DNA of 63,998 nt, from contig CM074818.1 in NCBI GenBank assembly GCA_037447605.1, forward strand, positions 1,190,619-1,254,616. Direction: 5' to 3'. The DNA comes from Zygnema circumcarinatum SAG 698-1b. Lineage: Eukaryota > Plantae > Zygnematophyceae. Below the pieces are notes generated by a model. That model was not told the DNA's origin, searched no databases, and saw only the letters and a program-made list of their open reading frames with translations. This document shows positions 13,101-26,089 of the stretch, in pieces (within the stretch, counting starts at the first letter, position 1; each line of letters starts with the position of its first letter). A program made the translations under genes and the position numbers.

Positions 13101-14133
13101 GCTATCCACAGCCATCAGAGAGAAGTTACAGCTGTTGATTGGTGGGCCTTCAAACTCAGCTGACTGCATTATATTCCTTGGTAGAGACTTGGATGGCTAT
13201 GGACGAATAGGCCGTACCCTGCGTTCTGTTTTTTTGTCAGCTAACAACATCTGGCAGCGCTGCTTGATTTGAATTTCAATATGCCCGGTCTTCAGTATAC
13301 TTCATTGTTGAACGGATTAACCTTCGGCGGCGGCGAAAGAAAGGCTAATCTTGTAAATCGAAACTTTTCGAGGTCTCTGAAGGTGTGCAGTACCTGTCCT
13401 CTTATGTCAATGCAGGTGCCCATCTGACCCCTGCAAATTCACAACTTGCTCGGATGACAGCACGGTATGGAGCTCTGCAACCTCCCCTCATGTTGCTTGG
13501 AAATGTGAGGTCGAGATTTGTGATGGCTTACAGGCAGGCTCCTGTCTGCAGGTCCGTTTGTGGACTCTATCCCCATCCTCCCGAACTCGCCACTCTGTTC
13601 CCCTGCAAGGTTCATGGCTTCTATCCTCAGGGTATCCGACCAGATCGACCTACAGGCATTCAGCCATGAAGCTCAACCCCACATTGAAGTCCTCTTATTG
13701 CAAAGCAGAGCCTAGTTCCATGAGTCTTCAAGACGGCGAACAATGGGAGAGACAGCAAACTGCAGAGTCGGGAGAAACCACCGTTCCTGCACCGGCATTG
13801 GGGCTTACAGGAAGGCTGATCAACCACAGCGGAGCAGGTGTCCAGGATGAGAAAAAGGTGCCCATCCGCAACATCCGCATTAAGCGAGTCACAATTCACA
13901 ACGAGGAGGACACAAGATATGGCGAGCAGCAGTTCGGCAGTCGGCGTCGCAAAATCAGTGACTATTTCACGGCGCCAAAGAGGTGCGCATGTCTTAATGT
14001 TGAAATAAACTCCTCGGCTGTCAATGTCACTAAGCCTGCAAGCGTGGCTTGCTATGCACCCATCCCTAACACGGATGCCACAATAGATGTGAGTCGATAT
14101 TTTCTTTTTCTAGGATCGTCTTCTTTTAGATGA
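7159..14133 (+). CDS. DTL: Denticleless / Cdt2 (DCAF2) WD40 substrate receptor of CRL4
   Basis: About 15 exons encode AHNNAIFDVLW (~8490), ILTASGDQT (~9035), GHTGSVK (~9270), FASGARDGSVLLWDMR (~9520), SVTAVLYLQDGHMLATAGAADG|VVKFWDLR (11105/11550), HGITSLSQDSSG, GHQMGSFYIK, ILSGSADGGVYVWQ, HQREVTAVDW|CPSD and TCSDDST|VRLWT. This motif series is typical of DTL/CDT2. The last exon is 13552-14133. Confidence 0.9.
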
Positions 14134-15488
14134 ATGGTTGCCTTCACTCCTTGCTCGCGCCTGCACACTGACGACTTAGTCACATCTTGTAACGGCTGTC
14201 CGCAGCTGTACGGACGAGGAGCGTCCTACTTACGGCTTCCCGGACAGCGGACAGTACGACCGGAAGGAGAGCACGAGCTGACAGCAAGTTTTGTTTTCTG
14301 CCCGATCCGTGAAGAGTTGCTGAATGTCCTCACACATCTGATTCTAAAGCCATCTGCAAACTTGGGTGCTTGTCCAAAGGACCTGCACTGAAATTTCGAT
14401 GTTCCCCTTTTATCCTCCTGTAGCCTTGAGAGTTGCAGTAAAGTTTATCCAGCAACATTGGTGTCAGTAAGCTGTAAAGGAAGCGCAATAAGTAGCACGT
14501 GGAGACGGGGACATCATGAATGGGTGCAATGCTGGTGGCATAGCTCGCAATTCTCGGAACCGTGAAGTCGCACGTAATTTAACATGCCTCCTTCCTAGAG
14601 TACATTTACCCTTTGGGATGGCAATAGTTCATAGCATAGCTTTATGGTTACAGAGCGCGGCTGTGCTTTGAGGGCTTTCCTCTTCTGTAGATGAGTCGTG
14701 TTGAGACCCCGTTTCTTCTCAGCCATAACCGGAATAGTTCCTGCCTCTCCAAAAGTGCATCGCTGTCATATTTTTTCGTTTTGGAGGCGTGAGGGTTCAG
14801 GGTTTCAGAATCAGGGTTGGTCTTTCTAAAACCGCTGCTCACTGCGCGAGCATGGGCCCAACTTTTAGTGCGAAGCAGCGTGTTCAGCCCACTTTTGAAT
14901 CAACACGCGTGACCGTAAGATGCACTACCATGAACCCTGACTGGACTCGAACTTATCGCCTGACTGCTCACGTTCATTTAACAAAGAGAGCGAGGCCCAC
15001 AGCAAACAATTTGTGGAATAAAAGCATTGCAAAATCTGCAACATGTGTGCGTGCCCGCTGTTACAAGCTCCCGATCTGCAAGCGCATAACAGCTTCCCTC
15101 CGCACGCCCACTCTTGCACTCCCCTGAAATGCCTATCCCTATGATACAAGGCGCTCGGCTCTTCCCTCAGGGCTAAGGCCTCTTTCTCTCTCTCCTTCTC
15201 TCTCACTATTTCGCGCTCTCGCTCCTAAGCTAACAGCTTATCCGCATTAGCGCCCATTCTACACAGCCGCAAAAAATATACACTGAATTCTGCAGGGCAC
15301 CTGGTCGGGGCAAGAAGAGGGACGAGTGAGGTTCAAGCCATTCCGCTTACTTGCGATTCCCAACAAATTGCAGTACATATATATACTTCTATGGGAGAAA
15401 GATGAACCGCAGAAGCCAGATAGAAATGACTGCGGCAATCCTCCATGACAGCACACTTTTTAAGTGTGCAGACTGCAACTGGCTGCAT

Positions 15489-16804
15489 TCAAACGACTGA
15501 ATGCCCAGGTTGAAAGGTGGGTTGGTCTGGTTTCAAGTTCAGGTGCGGCATCAATCCCGACTGTTGCAAGTTCTGCATCCTTGCAAGCTCCCCATGAACT
15601 AGTGCCAGCTGTGCTTGCAACTGGGCCACCTGGCATTCCCCACATCGCAACACAAACCATGAAGTGTTGGGCCCTCCCTAAATCCAAACAAGAATTGGTT
15701 GTATTGCACTACGGTATATCCCACAGAAACCAATCCCCTCGCCATAAAAACAAGATAGCAACGATTGACAGCAGCTGTCTAGCAATCAACCAGGTGTGCC
15801 TTGCGTTCAAGGGCAATACAGGCAAGTTCCATAGTAGTAGCCTTATCGTGCGCTGGCACAACCCAGTTGGTCGTGAACCTGGAAGTGAAGAATAATTCAC
15901 CTGTTGTTGAAGGGCTGAGATGGATCCAACACATCCATAGACGGGGTCTCTCACCCTCGCATCTGCCTCATACGCCAGGCTCCTGGCAGCATCACTCCTT
16001 AGCTGTTCGGGAAGGTCCTGCTCCAGCAATGCTAGTAAAGGCGCTCAATAGTCAGAGCTTTCATTGCACAGCTCATCAGCTACTGGAGAAAGTACTGCTG
16101 GCTGTTGAAATTACTGAGAGCGTTGCAGAATCATAAAAACTATGAAGGAAGATGCTCGAAGCGAGCTGTAATCCAGAAGGGTTTCCACCAGCAAACCAAC
16201 AGCAAATTACAATCCACCATGTTGAAACCGTAGAAATTTCAGATTCATCAGTCATTGAGTTTGAAGTTTCATAGAAGGTTCATATATTACAATCAGTGAT
16301 TTCCTCCCATTTACAACACTGAGCAGGATGAGTGCCATGCCCACCGCCCGTGTTCGCATGTCTGAGACAAATACGATATGCAATCTTACAGGAATCACGT
16401 TAACTAAGTCATCATGACAAAAACAAGGGCTGTCCTTGATGAGTCATTGAATCTTTGAAATTTGCTAACTGAAAGATAGTAGTAGCTCTAATTGGACATA
16501 CAGCTGTGCAGGTAGTGCCAGTGACAGGATAGGAATGGCATGCTGGAGTCAGCAAGTACCACTATCCTTGTTAATTTTGAACTGTTCAATGAGTTCACAG
16601 AATGAGACACACCTGCAGCATCTTGGCAACATTGCTTGCTCCAAAAACGCGATGCACGCTTGCAAACTTGTGTGGATCGTCGGTGGGAAAGTAAGGCGCA
16701 AAGAGGCACTCCTTAGTGCACCGTCGCCTGAGCAGCTTGCATGCGGCGCATGGTGAGCTGGAGGCAGAAGAGGAGCTGCCTCCAGAGTTCGAAGAGCCCG
16801 GCAT
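15489..16804 (-). CDS. Class I LOB-domain (LBD/AS2) transcription factor, 149 aa
   Basis: Exons 16804-16613, 16017-15901 and 15629-15489, all GT-AG phase 0. CX2CX6CX3C (CAACKLLRRRCTKEC), GAS block (FASVHRVFGASNV...DPVYG) and an exact LX6LX3LX6L zipper (LQQQVAQLQAQLALVHGEL). Confidence 0.95.
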
Positions 16805-17574
16805 CAGCCTCTCCTTTCAGCTCAATGAGAGAGGCCAGCGAGACACCAGACTCTGCATAGACAAGGCATTGAATCCAACTTGCAAAAATTGAGGGTCACT
16901 GTGGGTTCAAGAGTTCAAGAAACAAAACGAAAGATTGCAAGAATCAAAGAATGAGGAATTGGTACCACCTGGTGAATGTGATGTAGCAAATGCAGCTATC
17001 ATGCTCTTCAAAGCCACTTTGACATACTTGGCGAGCCTGGCAGAGATCCTTGACCACTAAGAGCTTCATCGATGTGAGTATCGACCCTCTCCCCTCTTGC
17101 CTCTTCTAATTGTGATGAGTTGCTACATACCTGAGAAAGTTGATTGAGGCAGGGGAGGTTCGCCTTCAATGAGGCAAACGTAGAAAAGTTGAAAATCGTG
17201 CTGGGACTAGCTCCTAAATTAAAACAAGCGAGAGTCCCAAAAATACTACTCTGCCTTTTCTTTCTTCCCCTGAATTTCAATTCAGCCTTGTTCAACAATA
17301 ATACGGTCTTGGTTCAAGAAGTGCTTCAGTGGAAGCAAGAACTAGTCCTACATTGCCGCGGCTATCGCTACTTGCGAAGCCCAGCAGCGCTACCACAGCC
17401 CCAAAAATACCGCGAATGTGCCAGTCTTCAGTTCAGAGGAAGCTCAATGCGAGTCCCTCCTGCCCTCATTATCTGGCCGGCCGCGCCATCCCTGCAGCGC
17501 GCTCGTCTTGGAGGGCGAGGAGGAGCCGTGCGAGAGCAGGAAGCAAAGGCGGTCAGCACAACCTGCGCGCATGG

Positions 17575-17979
17575 CCTCCCCTCCCCTCGCCTCCCCTCTC
17601 CCGCCTCTCCTCTCTCTCCCTCACCCTCTCCCTCTCCTTCTCCCTCTCCCTTCCCTGCGCTCCAACGGATGGCCGCCCGCAGCCGCAGGCGTCGGCGCTG
17701 CGGAATTTGAAAGCTGGCGGCCATTAGGGTTCGCCCATGGATGGGGAATGGCCGCATGGCCTCCTGGATGGCCGCATGGCCTCCTGGATGGCCGCATGGC
17801 CATGGCCATGGCCATGGCATGGGTCATGCATGGCCTCCTGGGCGGCCGATGGCATGTGCCAGGGTGCAGTATCGCGATACGGCATTGAGAGGCTATTCCG
17901 ATACGATACGATACGATACTATATGGGCGACGCTGAGAAGAGGGAAGAGGAGGGGCAGCTTGGGGTCCTGCTAGGCGCC
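17575..17979. promoter_or_regulatory. Divergent promoter region (LBD / ANKZF1) with GCCATG and CGATA arrays
   Basis: CT tract 17576-17655, tandem gatggccgcatggcctcctg and (ggccat)n at 17736-17858, (gatac)n at 17869-17922. Confidence 0.65.
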
Positions 17980-20900
17980 ATGGCGGGTGCCATGGCGGGC
18001 CCCGGACTGCAGAAGCCGAGGCGGAGGCAGAGCGAGAGGGCGGGCGCTTTTGCAGGGAGAGCCGGCCTCCGCGAGGACCGGCCGCTCTGTGTGTTCCGCT
18101 GCGCAGACTCTTTTTTCGACGATGCCGCTCTCTGCACCGGCGAAGGAGCCCGCCCTGCAGAGAAGGGGACCCTTCAGAGGAGGCTCGGGGAGTGCGCCGA
18201 GGAGGCGGAGCGTCCTGCCTGTGAAGAGAACGCGGCGCTTGCTTCAGGCGGAATCAGCAGCAGCAGCAGCGCGGGAGGGCTGTCGTGCCACACCTGTGCT
18301 GTTGAAGCCTTGGTCTTTCAGTCACTTCAGGAGCAGAGGCTCCACTTCAAATCGGACTGGCACAGATTCAATGTAATTTCTCTTATCTTTCTTCCTTTTT
18401 TGACGTCATGAGTAATTGTGTCGCATGAGACAACTGTACAGTACAATGAGTTATAGCCAGCCAGACAGAGACATTCATCGCCAGGAGTGACTTAAGCGTC
18501 GATGCCAATTAGGATTGGCAGAGGACCCTTCAATTCAAGGAATCTATCTCCACTTAATCTCTATACTATCCCCTGCGTGATTTAGACATGCGTAGCCGAT
18601 TCCATTGTTGCGTATGAATGAAGAAGTTCTGCCTGCTTGCTGCTTTGGCGTGTACCTCTCCAACTTCGTGTGTCAACTTCGACACAGTTTTTTTACTGCT
18701 GTTTAAACCTCAAAGGTTATCAGTTCCGGCATTGTTTAAAGTGCCAAATAGTGAGCAAATGCTAAACTTGGTTGAGGAGAGACTTTGCAAAACGTGTTTA
18801 TTCGCAGGCTACCTCGAGAATATTTTTTCTCAGCTCGTTAAATTCCAAGAAGGATGTCCTTCGAGGATTCCGTTGTCTTCGATCAGAAACATTGAGTCTT
18901 TTTTCAATGCAATTTTTAGCAGTAATAAAAACTGGGAAACTGCCAAATTCCCGTTACAAAAAACTTGCATGGCAGCCGAGTCCGCTATGGAGAATGTGGT
19001 CCTCGCTAGTTTTTTCTTATGTTCCCAATTTTTCACGGATGACATAATAGGCAGCATTATCTTCGTTCGGAGTCACGAGCAAAATCTGATGACGTCGTTC
19101 GTGTGGTTGTGAAGCACCTTAAGTGCTCCCTTAAAGTTGTTGTAGTGTCTCTCTGTCGCCCTTTTCGCTCGGTATGATCATCTAAAATTTTAGATTATAA
19201 ATGACTAGAGTTGCTTGAAGATGTAAGTTTTCTAATTTGCCTCAAGTTCTTACTTGTTCAGTAGGTTGGCTCGCAGTCTTTCCTCGTTCTCAGTTTTACT
19301 CGCAAGATTGCAATGCAGGTGAAACGACGGCTGGCTCAGAAGATTCCTGTCACAGAGGAGGCCTTTGATGCCATGGTGGCAGACAGATCACTGGAGGAGG
19401 GCGGTGTTAGTGATGCTTCCAGTATTTCTGGGTCAGAAGATGATGAAGAGGGCGGGAAGTTTGGCCGTGCCACTCCAAAGCTTCGATTGCTACTTAAAAC
19501 TACTGGGCTGCATGTGACTGTGTGGCAGGTGCTAGCAACAGGTGAGCTTCCAGAGTAAGCAGGCTTGTAGGCCTGTATGCAATGAAGTACAACTCCTCTT
19601 GCCAGACATTAGTTGTGGATCATGACTTCACCATGCAGGGAAAGCTCTTTTCAGGAGATCAAGCAAAATGCTTGGTTATAGCCATAACTAACAGATGACC
19701 GCCATGGTCAAGGGAAGGCTGAAGTCAGTCTAAGAGCTACAGAACTTGACATGATGCAGCTCCCGATAATTGCAGTCCTTATCCAACCTTTCTCTTGACC
19801 ATACCCTCACATGTTGTAGCCCAGTACCATCACCTTCCGCGGGAAGAAGGCATGGTCATGGGCCATGCTCCTGAAACATGCAGCAATGCGACATGGAGGT
19901 CTCGATAAAGTGATTTTTGGCTGTTTGTTTGGTCTTATAGGTGAACTGCACGAAAGCTCGCAAGACGCAATTCTGGGGTCGCTTCAGTCTCTTGCGAAGG
20001 GCCGTGCACCTTGGATGGTGCTGCTTTGTGCTGGAGGTCACTTTGCTGGAGTGGTGGTGGACAGCAAAGGAGGGTCCGTACTTGCCCATCAGACGTTTCA
20101 CAGGTATATTATGCATATGTATGAAAATCAACGTTCCTCTCGTAAGATCCTTCATCAGCAGATTGTTAGAATGTTGCCAGGACTGCCTGATGGCATTTAA
20201 GCGATCGAGCTGGCCCTCGTTGAAAAGGGCCAGCTTTTCCTTCGCGAAAAGTGTTGAAAGTTATTTTGAGTTTTTATCCTAATTTTATGTTTAGGAAGAA
20301 AAAGTCCCTCTTATCTTGAAGAATATATGAATAGCTCCATCCCATTGACGTGAAGCCATTTTCATGAAAACATTTATGTGAGGGTGCCCTGATTATGGAT
20401 TACAATGTTGTATGATTTTGATTACAATATTTAAGTACTTAGGTTAGCTAGGATATATATGTTTATCAAAGGTCAGGGTATTTCGCCATATTTTTGGTAC
20501 CTGTCTTTGGATTTCCAAGCATCTCAAGCAACTTAGAGATAGCTCGGGGGTCCAAGGTCAAATACCAAGAATAGGGCGAAATACCCTGACCTCTTGATAA
20601 ATAATAGATATCCTAGCTAAACTATGTACTTGACAAGAACATGCTTGCCGGTCAGAGCTAGTTTCTTCTCTCCTAAAATGTGGCTTATGCTGATGATGTA
20701 TGTTGGTATGCTAATCTGACTGTTTGTATAGCAGGATTTTTATCCCATAAGTTAAGTGACGTCAGCGTACGCGGTCATCTTTCGAATTTTTAGCATGCAA
20801 GTTCCATATTTTTTTGGGTCGATGAAGCAGAGAAACTCTCGTTGCGTGTTTGACTATAGTTAAGGGTCGTTTCCAAGTCGTCTTTGCTGGAATTCCAATG

Positions 20901-23900
20901 GTTAAACTACCTCTTATGTGCTGATTGTGAGCGCTTAGCCCATCGTTGAAAGGTGTAGCGAAGTTAACAGCGTTCTTATGTTGACAAGGGAGTCCATCAT
21001 CATCTCAAGATTTCTTTGGAAATTTTTCATACTTAGGTATGTGGTGCGTGCAAAGGCGGGTGGCCGACAGTCGACCAGGGATGCAACAGGAAGAGCTCCA
21101 AAGTCAGCAGGAGCAGCACTGCGGCGATACAACGAGATGGCTTTAGAGAAGGTAAGTGAGCAGGGGGAGCCGTTTTGGCATATTTTTTGTCTTGGTTGGA
21201 ATGCAATTGGAGGATGGACCAAATGGATGTCTGATGGAACAGGCTCGTGTTTACTTCTGATGGCCCTGCCTCTCATAATCGTCTGGCAGGTGGCATAAGA
21301 ATTTCAAAATTGAAGTGATATGGCAGCAGGCATGTGATTGACTTTTGGTATCGACTTGTAAACCTTTGTAGAACAGTTCAGAAGCTCGGTATAGGGGACA
21401 ATTAGTTGTGTGAGTGACTTTGACCCTGCATTTGGATGTGTAAATTATGGCAGAAGCATTACTTTAGTGTTTGCGACACATTTACTGGCGCCTTCGTGCT
21501 TGCAGGAGATTAAAGAGCTCCTCAGCTCATGGAAACATTTTCTGGAGTCAGCTGCTCTTATCTTTGTATATGCACCATCTACAAATAGTCAGACACTTTT
21601 CGGAGGTGATTCTGCCCTACTTCAACGGAACGATCCGCGGGTTAGACGAATTCCCATCTCTGTCCGACGACCCACTTTCAAGGAGAGCTTGCGTGTGCTT
21701 ACTACTCTTAGCTCAATTGATTATGAAGCAGGTCGAGAAGAAGCAGAAGTGCTCGTTCCTGAAAGCCCCTTGAAGGCTCAGCATCTTGCTGATGTAAGGC
21801 ATGGGGCCCAGTTGGAGGACCTTAAGCTCGGTGAATCCAAGAGCAGAAAGTTGGGAGTACCACTAGAAGATGCAGAAATGTTAAGGTCAAGGTCGAGTCT
21901 TGGTGCTGCACCGATTAACCTTGATGAAGAGCATGTAAATGAGACAATTCGGCTGGGACATAGCACACAGCTTCATGTTGCCTCTTTGGCTGGTTAGCTG
22001 CTCATACACCTTCACACCTCATTGTCTTTGTCTATGTAAGAATAGGCCCATTACAGGACTAAGGACGCACGACAATCCCAAAATTTTAAAATCAATCCGA
22101 TCCTGTTGTCTGTTCCGAAAGTTATTGTTGTTTGGTAGCTGGGCGCTACAGTTGCTTTTGAGTTGATAACAATAGATATCTCAGAATGAAACTGCAAGAT
22201 TATGAAAGGCGGGGGCATTTGATACTTCAGTTTTTCAATCTAGCCATAGGACGACGTCATGCTATGGCGTCGTACTATGTTTGAAGAAGAGCTTTTCTGA
22301 GATTCTGTAAATGCTTTGAAATCTGTGCATTAATGTCTGAGCTGTCGAGTCTTGATAATGGTGAAGGAAAGACTTACCCGAGAACAGCTCCCGTAGCAAC
22401 CACTCAGTCAGATATCTTGACTACTTGAGTTTTGACTTGTTTCATTGGTCCTTCCTTCTGCAATCTGTTCAGGAGATGCGGCACGTGTCAGTGAGCTGTT
22501 GAACTCTGGAGAAGACCCAACAGTGCGGGATGAGCGTGGCCGAACGCCCTACAGCGTGGCAAGCGACAAGGAAACACGGAACGCTTTTCGCAGGTACATG
22601 GCGGAGGTGGGGGAGCGTTGGGACTGGCAGACTGCAGGAGTTCCGAGTGCGCTTACTGCCGACATGGAAGCCGCTCAGGCTGGCAAAAAGGTGTGCTGTT
22701 TTTGAAGTAGATTTCACTCTTTGCACGAATCATGTGTACACTCGAGCATCTCTCGTTTAAACGGGCTGAGAAAGGGGAATTTATGTGTGACGTCGCTGGT
22801 TTAAGCCGCATTGGAGGGAAGAAGCAACTGAAATTGCCTAATGCAGTAGAAACAGAAGCAACTTATTACATGAGCCTAGTCTAGATGAAGAGTTTTTCTA
22901 CTGTTATGGTCTGTTTGTTGAAGGTTTTGTCCTTTTGTTATCCTTCTTCGATTCCAGGCGATTGAATGGAAGTGGTACCCTTGTAGAGGATTTAAATGAA
23001 TGTGAAAAGCGGATTGGAACGTGATCTTTGTCCTTGTGATTCCTGTCTGCCTCCATGTAGCACGAAAATTTGTGCTTGTATTCAACATACCTGGAACTCT
23101 GGGCGAGCAGTTCAAGATGTCAAAGCGACTGTGTTGATGACCTTATGCAAGTGGGACCTACAATTGTGCTATATCTAGCTGTTATCAGCTGTTATTAGCT
23201 GTTATCTGAGTTTTCAAGTTGGGCTCATTTTGCAGGCAGAGAAAGACGCAAAGCGGAGGGCACGGGAGAAGGAAAAGCGGGCAGAGAGGCGTGCGCAGGA
23301 GAAAAATGTAAGTGGTTTGGGAATAGGTTACTGGATCATTTTAGAGTGGAAAAGTGCCAATCTACTTGTAGGTCATTGGTCCTCTGCGGAGACGAAGCAG
23401 ATGCCATCGATGGATGGGCGTGAAGTGGGAGGTTCATTGAAAGATGTATGGATGGATTATTGGAAGCAATATCTCCCGCCTTGGTCAACTCTAGTAGTGC
23501 GAGCAATTTATCTAACGTCCAGTGTAGATTAGAACATTTCAGACTCCAGAAGACTGTATAAGTCATGAACTAGGGCATTGGTGGGAATGATGTCAGCACA
23601 ATCTAAGGAGAGAAACATGTGCAATGCTGGGGCATGTCTAGTTGAACATGAGTACATGGGACGGGCAGGTTTGTTGGCTTGACGTATGGAAGGAAGAAAG
23701 TTTTGGGACAGTCTAAGGTCATAGATGAGAGGAACGCCAACACTATTGTTGTGAGTCAAGAACTAACTTCGGTTATGACTGTTATTGTTGGAGTCCGGCT
23801 GTTTTAAAAAATGAAGTCGATTTCAGCTGTTTTCCAACTTAACTCTAAATTCCGAGCATTCAGAAGGTTACCGCGAATATAATTCAGTCTTAATCTTAGC

Positions 23901-24792
23901 CTTGTATGAACCTGGATTTGTTGTGAAACGAGCACATATCATTGTGCGGAGACCTTACCGATGTTCTTGCAGGAGAGGCTTCAGGCAACTGTGAATGACG
24001 ACAGGCTGCATGCAACAACTGATGGCCTATCTAAAACTGGTCCTTCATCCATGCAGGTCTGCCCACAGCTTGTCATACTCTTCCAATAATGCATCGTTGT
24101 TTGTTTTACAATATTTATTTGTAACTCTCTAGTTGTGTATATGTTCTCCTTTTTAGTCTCTCCCTTAGGTTATGTTACGCTCTCTTCAGATGAAAGGCCC
24201 TGTCTAGTCATGAGCTTCCTGACTTGAAATCTCGGCCAAGAAGTAAAAGCTTTAGTACGCAGATCAGAAGAGGTTAAGCTTGAGAGTGCCACTATCAGTG
24301 TCAGGCTCATCTGATGAAGTTCAACACATCTCGAGGGCCTTAAGGTCGGAGCTGGGAGGCATGACCTTGATGTGGATGGGCTTGGAAGTCAGTTCAGTTC
24401 AATACCTCTGTTCCCTTCTCAGCTGCTAACTCTGTGCTCGTATCATGTGAACACACACTCTTCAGGATGAGCGTGAAAAACGGGCCATTGCAGCAGAGGC
24501 GCGGTTGAAGCTCATGTCTCTCATGTCACCCCAAAATGTGGCCAAGGGAGCTCCTCAGCCCGGTTGTTCTCAACCCGTCGCAGCGGCAAAGGACGGCGCA
24601 GAAGGACCTGCTAAGAGCGCTCTTCCGTCTCCTTCTGAATCGGGAGAGCAGCTTAGTTGTAGAGCAGGGGTATGTGCTAGTTGCGGCATTTCTTTGAAGG
24701 GGATGACGCCGTTCCATAGGCTGGACTACGCATATTGCAGCACCACTTGCGTTCATGTCCACCGACTTGTGCTTGAAAGGTGCAATAAATGA
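17980..24792 (+). CDS. ANKZF1: ANKZF1/Vms1 peptidyl-tRNA release factor (C2H2 zinc finger, VLRF1, ankyrin, coiled coil, treble-clef)
   Basis: CHTC...QRLHFKSDWHRFN|VKRR (18286-19330); GGHFAGVV...HQTFHR|YVVRAKAGGRQS (20035-21075, catalytic Gln motif); DPRVRRIPISVRRPTFKE; ankyrin (LHVASLAG|DAARVSELL...DERGRTPY); C-terminal CASC...FHRLDYAYCSTTCVHVH. An alternative in-frame ATG lies at 17923. Confidence 0.92.
20433..20631. mobile_element. 199 bp foldback (near-palindromic) MITE-like element in an ANKZF1 intron
   Basis: Left arm aagtacttaggttagctaggatat...tttatcaaaggtcagggtatttcgccatatttttggta pairs with right arm taccaagaatagggcgaaataccctgacctcttgataaa...atatcctagctaaactatgtactt; loop near 20530. 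Confidence 0.8.
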
Positions 24793-25667
24793 AGGGAAAT
24801 TACACTTAAGGGGAGTGTCATATTCGAGGGCACTCGACCTTGCAACTTTGCAGCTGGGCTCTGTAGTTTCTTCCATTGGAGGTGGGGGGGAAGGGCACTG
24901 CTTCTATTATTCGTTTCTTCATGGATCGCTGACAGCTCTCAAGCAGACATCTGGCTATTGAGAAATGGGTGAGATAGCCGTAGTCAAGCGCTGACGAGTC
25001 GACGCTTCCTTTGAGGCGGCACATGGCAGGCAGACAGTCATGCGCCAAGATGGTGCCCGTGCGGTGCTGCCAATCGGAGGTTGCCTTGCATGCTGTACGG
25101 CGTGGAAAGATAGAAAGCTCTACTTCGCCGCAGGTTGGGTTTTCTATGCTCCTAGTAATTTATGTGGTTTACAGGAAGTCAGCATTTTGTTTTTTTTTAG
25201 TTTTTGCTGCACTTCCTACTCGAAACTTCGCGATACTCCACGCACACCCCTCAGTCTTTTGAAATCTACTCCCATAGTCTGTGCGTGCTACAGCACGGAC
25301 GATGTCAAGAAACGAGGAACCAAAAAGTGACTCGGAGGGCAGTGGCGATGGATGCTCTGGTGGACTTAATCTTTTGTTACCCTGAACCTTAACCTTTAAC
25401 ACTTGCAAAAACTCATCATTCTAAAACCCTGAAAAGATAAAATCGTAAAACCTTGACAACTCTGAAACCCCAACGTTTCAAAATCCTCACCGGTTCACAA
25501 TCTAAACATTTGAGGTGTTCTACATATCTTCAACGATGTTAGAACAATAAAACATAAATAAATAAAAATCAATGCCAATAAGCAATAAACACAAATTTTG
25601 CAATTTTTTCTTCCATTTTCTCAAACCCAGCTACAATTGGCTTCACGGCAGTTTCTGCTACGACCGG

Positions 25668-25785
25668 AGTCTCTCTCTCGCCCTCTCACTCTACCTCTCT
25701 CTCTCTGTCTCTCTCTGTATCTGTCTCTTCTCTGTCTGTCTGTCTCTCTGTCTGTCTCTGTCTCTGTCTCTGTCTCTTCTCTCGT

Positions 25786-25816
<31 letters not shown>

Positions 25817-25900
25817 GTGCCTCTGTCTCTGTCTCTGTCTCTGTCTCTGTCTCTATCTCTGTCTCTGTCTCTGTCTCCCTCTCACTCGCGCTCTCTCTCC
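25668..25900. repeat. (TC)n/(TCTG)n/(TCTCTG)n microsatellite
   Basis: Directly visible tandem units. Confidence 0.9.
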
Positions 25901-26089
25901 GAACAAGGGGACACGGCGCGTTGCGCGCGCGGGAGGGAGGGACACCCTCCACGCCCTGACGCGGGCGGGCGGCTTGCCTGCTCGACTTGCCGGTGCAGTC
26001 CGTCACTATATGCACTTCACTTCCTGCTTGTTTTGGTGCCGCGGTAGGCTGTTGGTGGCCGCGCGTGCCGGCGGCCTTCCCGCCCTCCC

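Noticed and set aside
15709-15900. Read-through or 22 nt intron versions of the LBD C-terminus
   Set aside because: Neither gives the leucine zipper; the exon at 15629-15489 restores it exactly.
18618-19112. 164 aa ORF inside ANKZF1 intron 1
   Set aside because: No recognisable motifs; probably a chance ORF or decayed repeat.
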